This document shows, in pieces, positions 61,659-62,751 of a stretch of 62,751 nt of DNA. Source of the stretch: an uncultured Pseudomonadales bacterium (GTDB lineage: Bacteria; Patescibacteriota; Microgenomatia; UBA1400; UBA1396); the NCBI GenBank assembly GCA_964447905.1, contig CAYUUK010000008.1:1-62751 (forward strand). Direction: 5' to 3'. How positions within the stretch are numbered: position 1 is the first letter of the stretch; each line of letters opens with the position of its first letter. The position numbers and the translations under genes were made by a program. The notes below the pieces were generated by a model, which ran no database searches, was not told the origin of the DNA, and saw only the letters and a program-made list of their open reading frames with translations.

Positions 61659-62300
61659 ATGGCCACCAAAAGCACAGCAGTAGCCAATAAACCAGGTTTT
61701 TTTATCGGTGAAACACTCCGCGAGGCATGGAAGATCCTCCGCGAAAATGTGGCTGAGATTGTAGCGATCTATCTTCTTGGAATTATTTTGCCCCAAGGAA
61801 TTATCATGGCTCTGCAAGGGTGGGGCAATGACGGTGGCGTTTTCTTTGCCATCCTGAACCAAATTGTGAGTATGGTTTTATCTTTTGCGGTGATGAAAGC
61901 CATGCTTGATGTGGTGCGGGGGAGAGAGATTGATGTTTCCCTCACTTGGAAAGAACCAAAACGACTCTGGAACTATTTCTTGGGAAGCTTGCTGTATGCA
62001 ATTATTGTTCTGGTTGGATTTGTACTCTTTATTATTCCCGGAATCATTTTCAGCATTAAGTACCGCTACATGATCTACTTGATTATCGAAGAAGATCTCG
62101 GACCGCTGCAAGCGCTCAAGCGCAGTGCCGAGATTACCAAGGGTGTGAAGTGGGACATTTTGGCTTTCGACTTTGTTACTGTAGCTTTGACTCTCGCTGG
62201 CTTCTTCGCCCTGTTGGTCGGTCTTGTAGTGGCTATCCCGTTGACTGCGCTTGCGCAGGTGGTGCTGTATGTCCGCTTGGTGGAGCGGGAAGAGATTTAA
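61659..62300 (+). CDS. Integral membrane protein (213 aa, ~5 TM)
   Basis: Hydrophobic segments throughout (IVAIYLLGIILPQGIIMAL, LLYAIIVLVGFVLFIIPGIIF, FVTVALTLAGFFALLVGLVVAIPL). The topology is reminiscent of DUF975/YciC-type proteins, but this is not verified. Confidence 0.6.
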   Translation: MATKSTAVANKPGFFIGETLREAWKILRENVAEIVAIYLLGIILPQGIIMALQGWGNDGGVFFAILNQIVSMVLSFAVMKAMLDVVRGREIDVSLTWKEPKRLWNYFLGSLLYAIIVLVGFVLFIIPGIIFSIKYRYMIYLIIEEDLGPLQALKRSAEITKGVKWDILAFDFVTVALTLAGFFALLVGLVVAIPLTALAQVVLYVRLVEREEI

Positions 62301-62629
62301 GGGTTGTTCCACCATTGTTTGTTTTTTTTAGGAATATGCAGTGTATTACAAATGGCTTCAGCCTTTTGTCGTAGGCTGAAAAGTTCTGTATGTGTGGTGT
62401 GTTTATCCAAAGTAGGGTATAAGGAAACGTTGAAATTGTCCTGATCTGTTGGTGAAATTATTCCGCTCATTTTCATGGCTTGTGGATTGAACCAAACATC
62501 ACCTTGGGTCAAATAATCAATAAAAAGTAAACCTTTGGTATTCCCACTGTGGAGTGGTATCTTAATTCTCGTGTTTAATGGCATCCTATATGGTTCTTCA
62601 GCAATTTTTTGTGCACTTTTTTTCAGCAT
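62297..62629 (-). CDS. Hypothetical protein (110 aa)
   Basis: ORF only, AT-rich. It overlaps the convergent gene end by 4 nt. Confidence 0.35.
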   Translation of the reverse strand: MLKKSAQKIAEEPYRMPLNTRIKIPLHSGNTKGLLFIDYLTQGDVWFNPQAMKMSGIISPTDQDNFNVSLYPTLDKHTTHTELFSLRQKAEAICNTLHIPKKNKQWWNNP

Positions 62630-62751
62630 TGCATATTGTTTCCGAATGGGTACTGTTCGACACCCTTTTTCTCCAGAGTGAAGAATGGCTTCTCTATTTT
62701 TTTAGAAGGTTGCTCGGGACTTTTGTTAATAGCATTAATGAAATGCCGTTT

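Overview
This 62.75-kb chromosomal window reads cleanly in the standard genetic code (TAA, TAG and TGA are all used as stops). I had no search tools, so all family names come from motifs I recognised by eye. The gene content suggests a small-genome, surface-specialised bacterium, possibly Patescibacteria/CPR-like; that placement is inference only.

Housekeeping genes are confidently recognisable:
- a 23S-5S rRNA unit with no 16S upstream
- rpsA, radA, rho, obg, leuS and ndk
- an M23/LysM peptidase, an M16 peptidase and an EamA transporter
- comEA and a two-ORF comEC
- two tandem tRNA-Ala genes and one tRNA-Pro

The rest is dominated by cell-envelope and surface genes:
- three Wzy_C (O-antigen-ligase-like) paralogs
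- a polyprenyl-phosphate sugar transferase
- three tandem type IV pilin-like genes
- a 15.4-kb gene for a 5,139-aa membrane-anchored fibre-like protein, whose cytoplasmic N-terminus looks like two integrase SAM-like core-binding domains
- a five-gene minus-strand operon (54.5-59.6 kb) encoding a cohesin-like membrane protein, a Cys-rich/PT-linker protein with a dockerin-like tail, a membrane-anchored beta-sandwich protein, and two paralogous secreted proteins, one interrupted at a G6 tract

A structured ~85-nt palindromic intergenic repeat occurs four times, each time at a terminator-to-promoter junction. The main candidates for an undescribed system are the giant protein with its neighbours (a protein sharing its C-terminal domain, and a divergent PaaX-like gene) and the cohesin/dockerin-like surface operon. 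I saw no CRISPR array, transposase, catalytic integrase or prophage.
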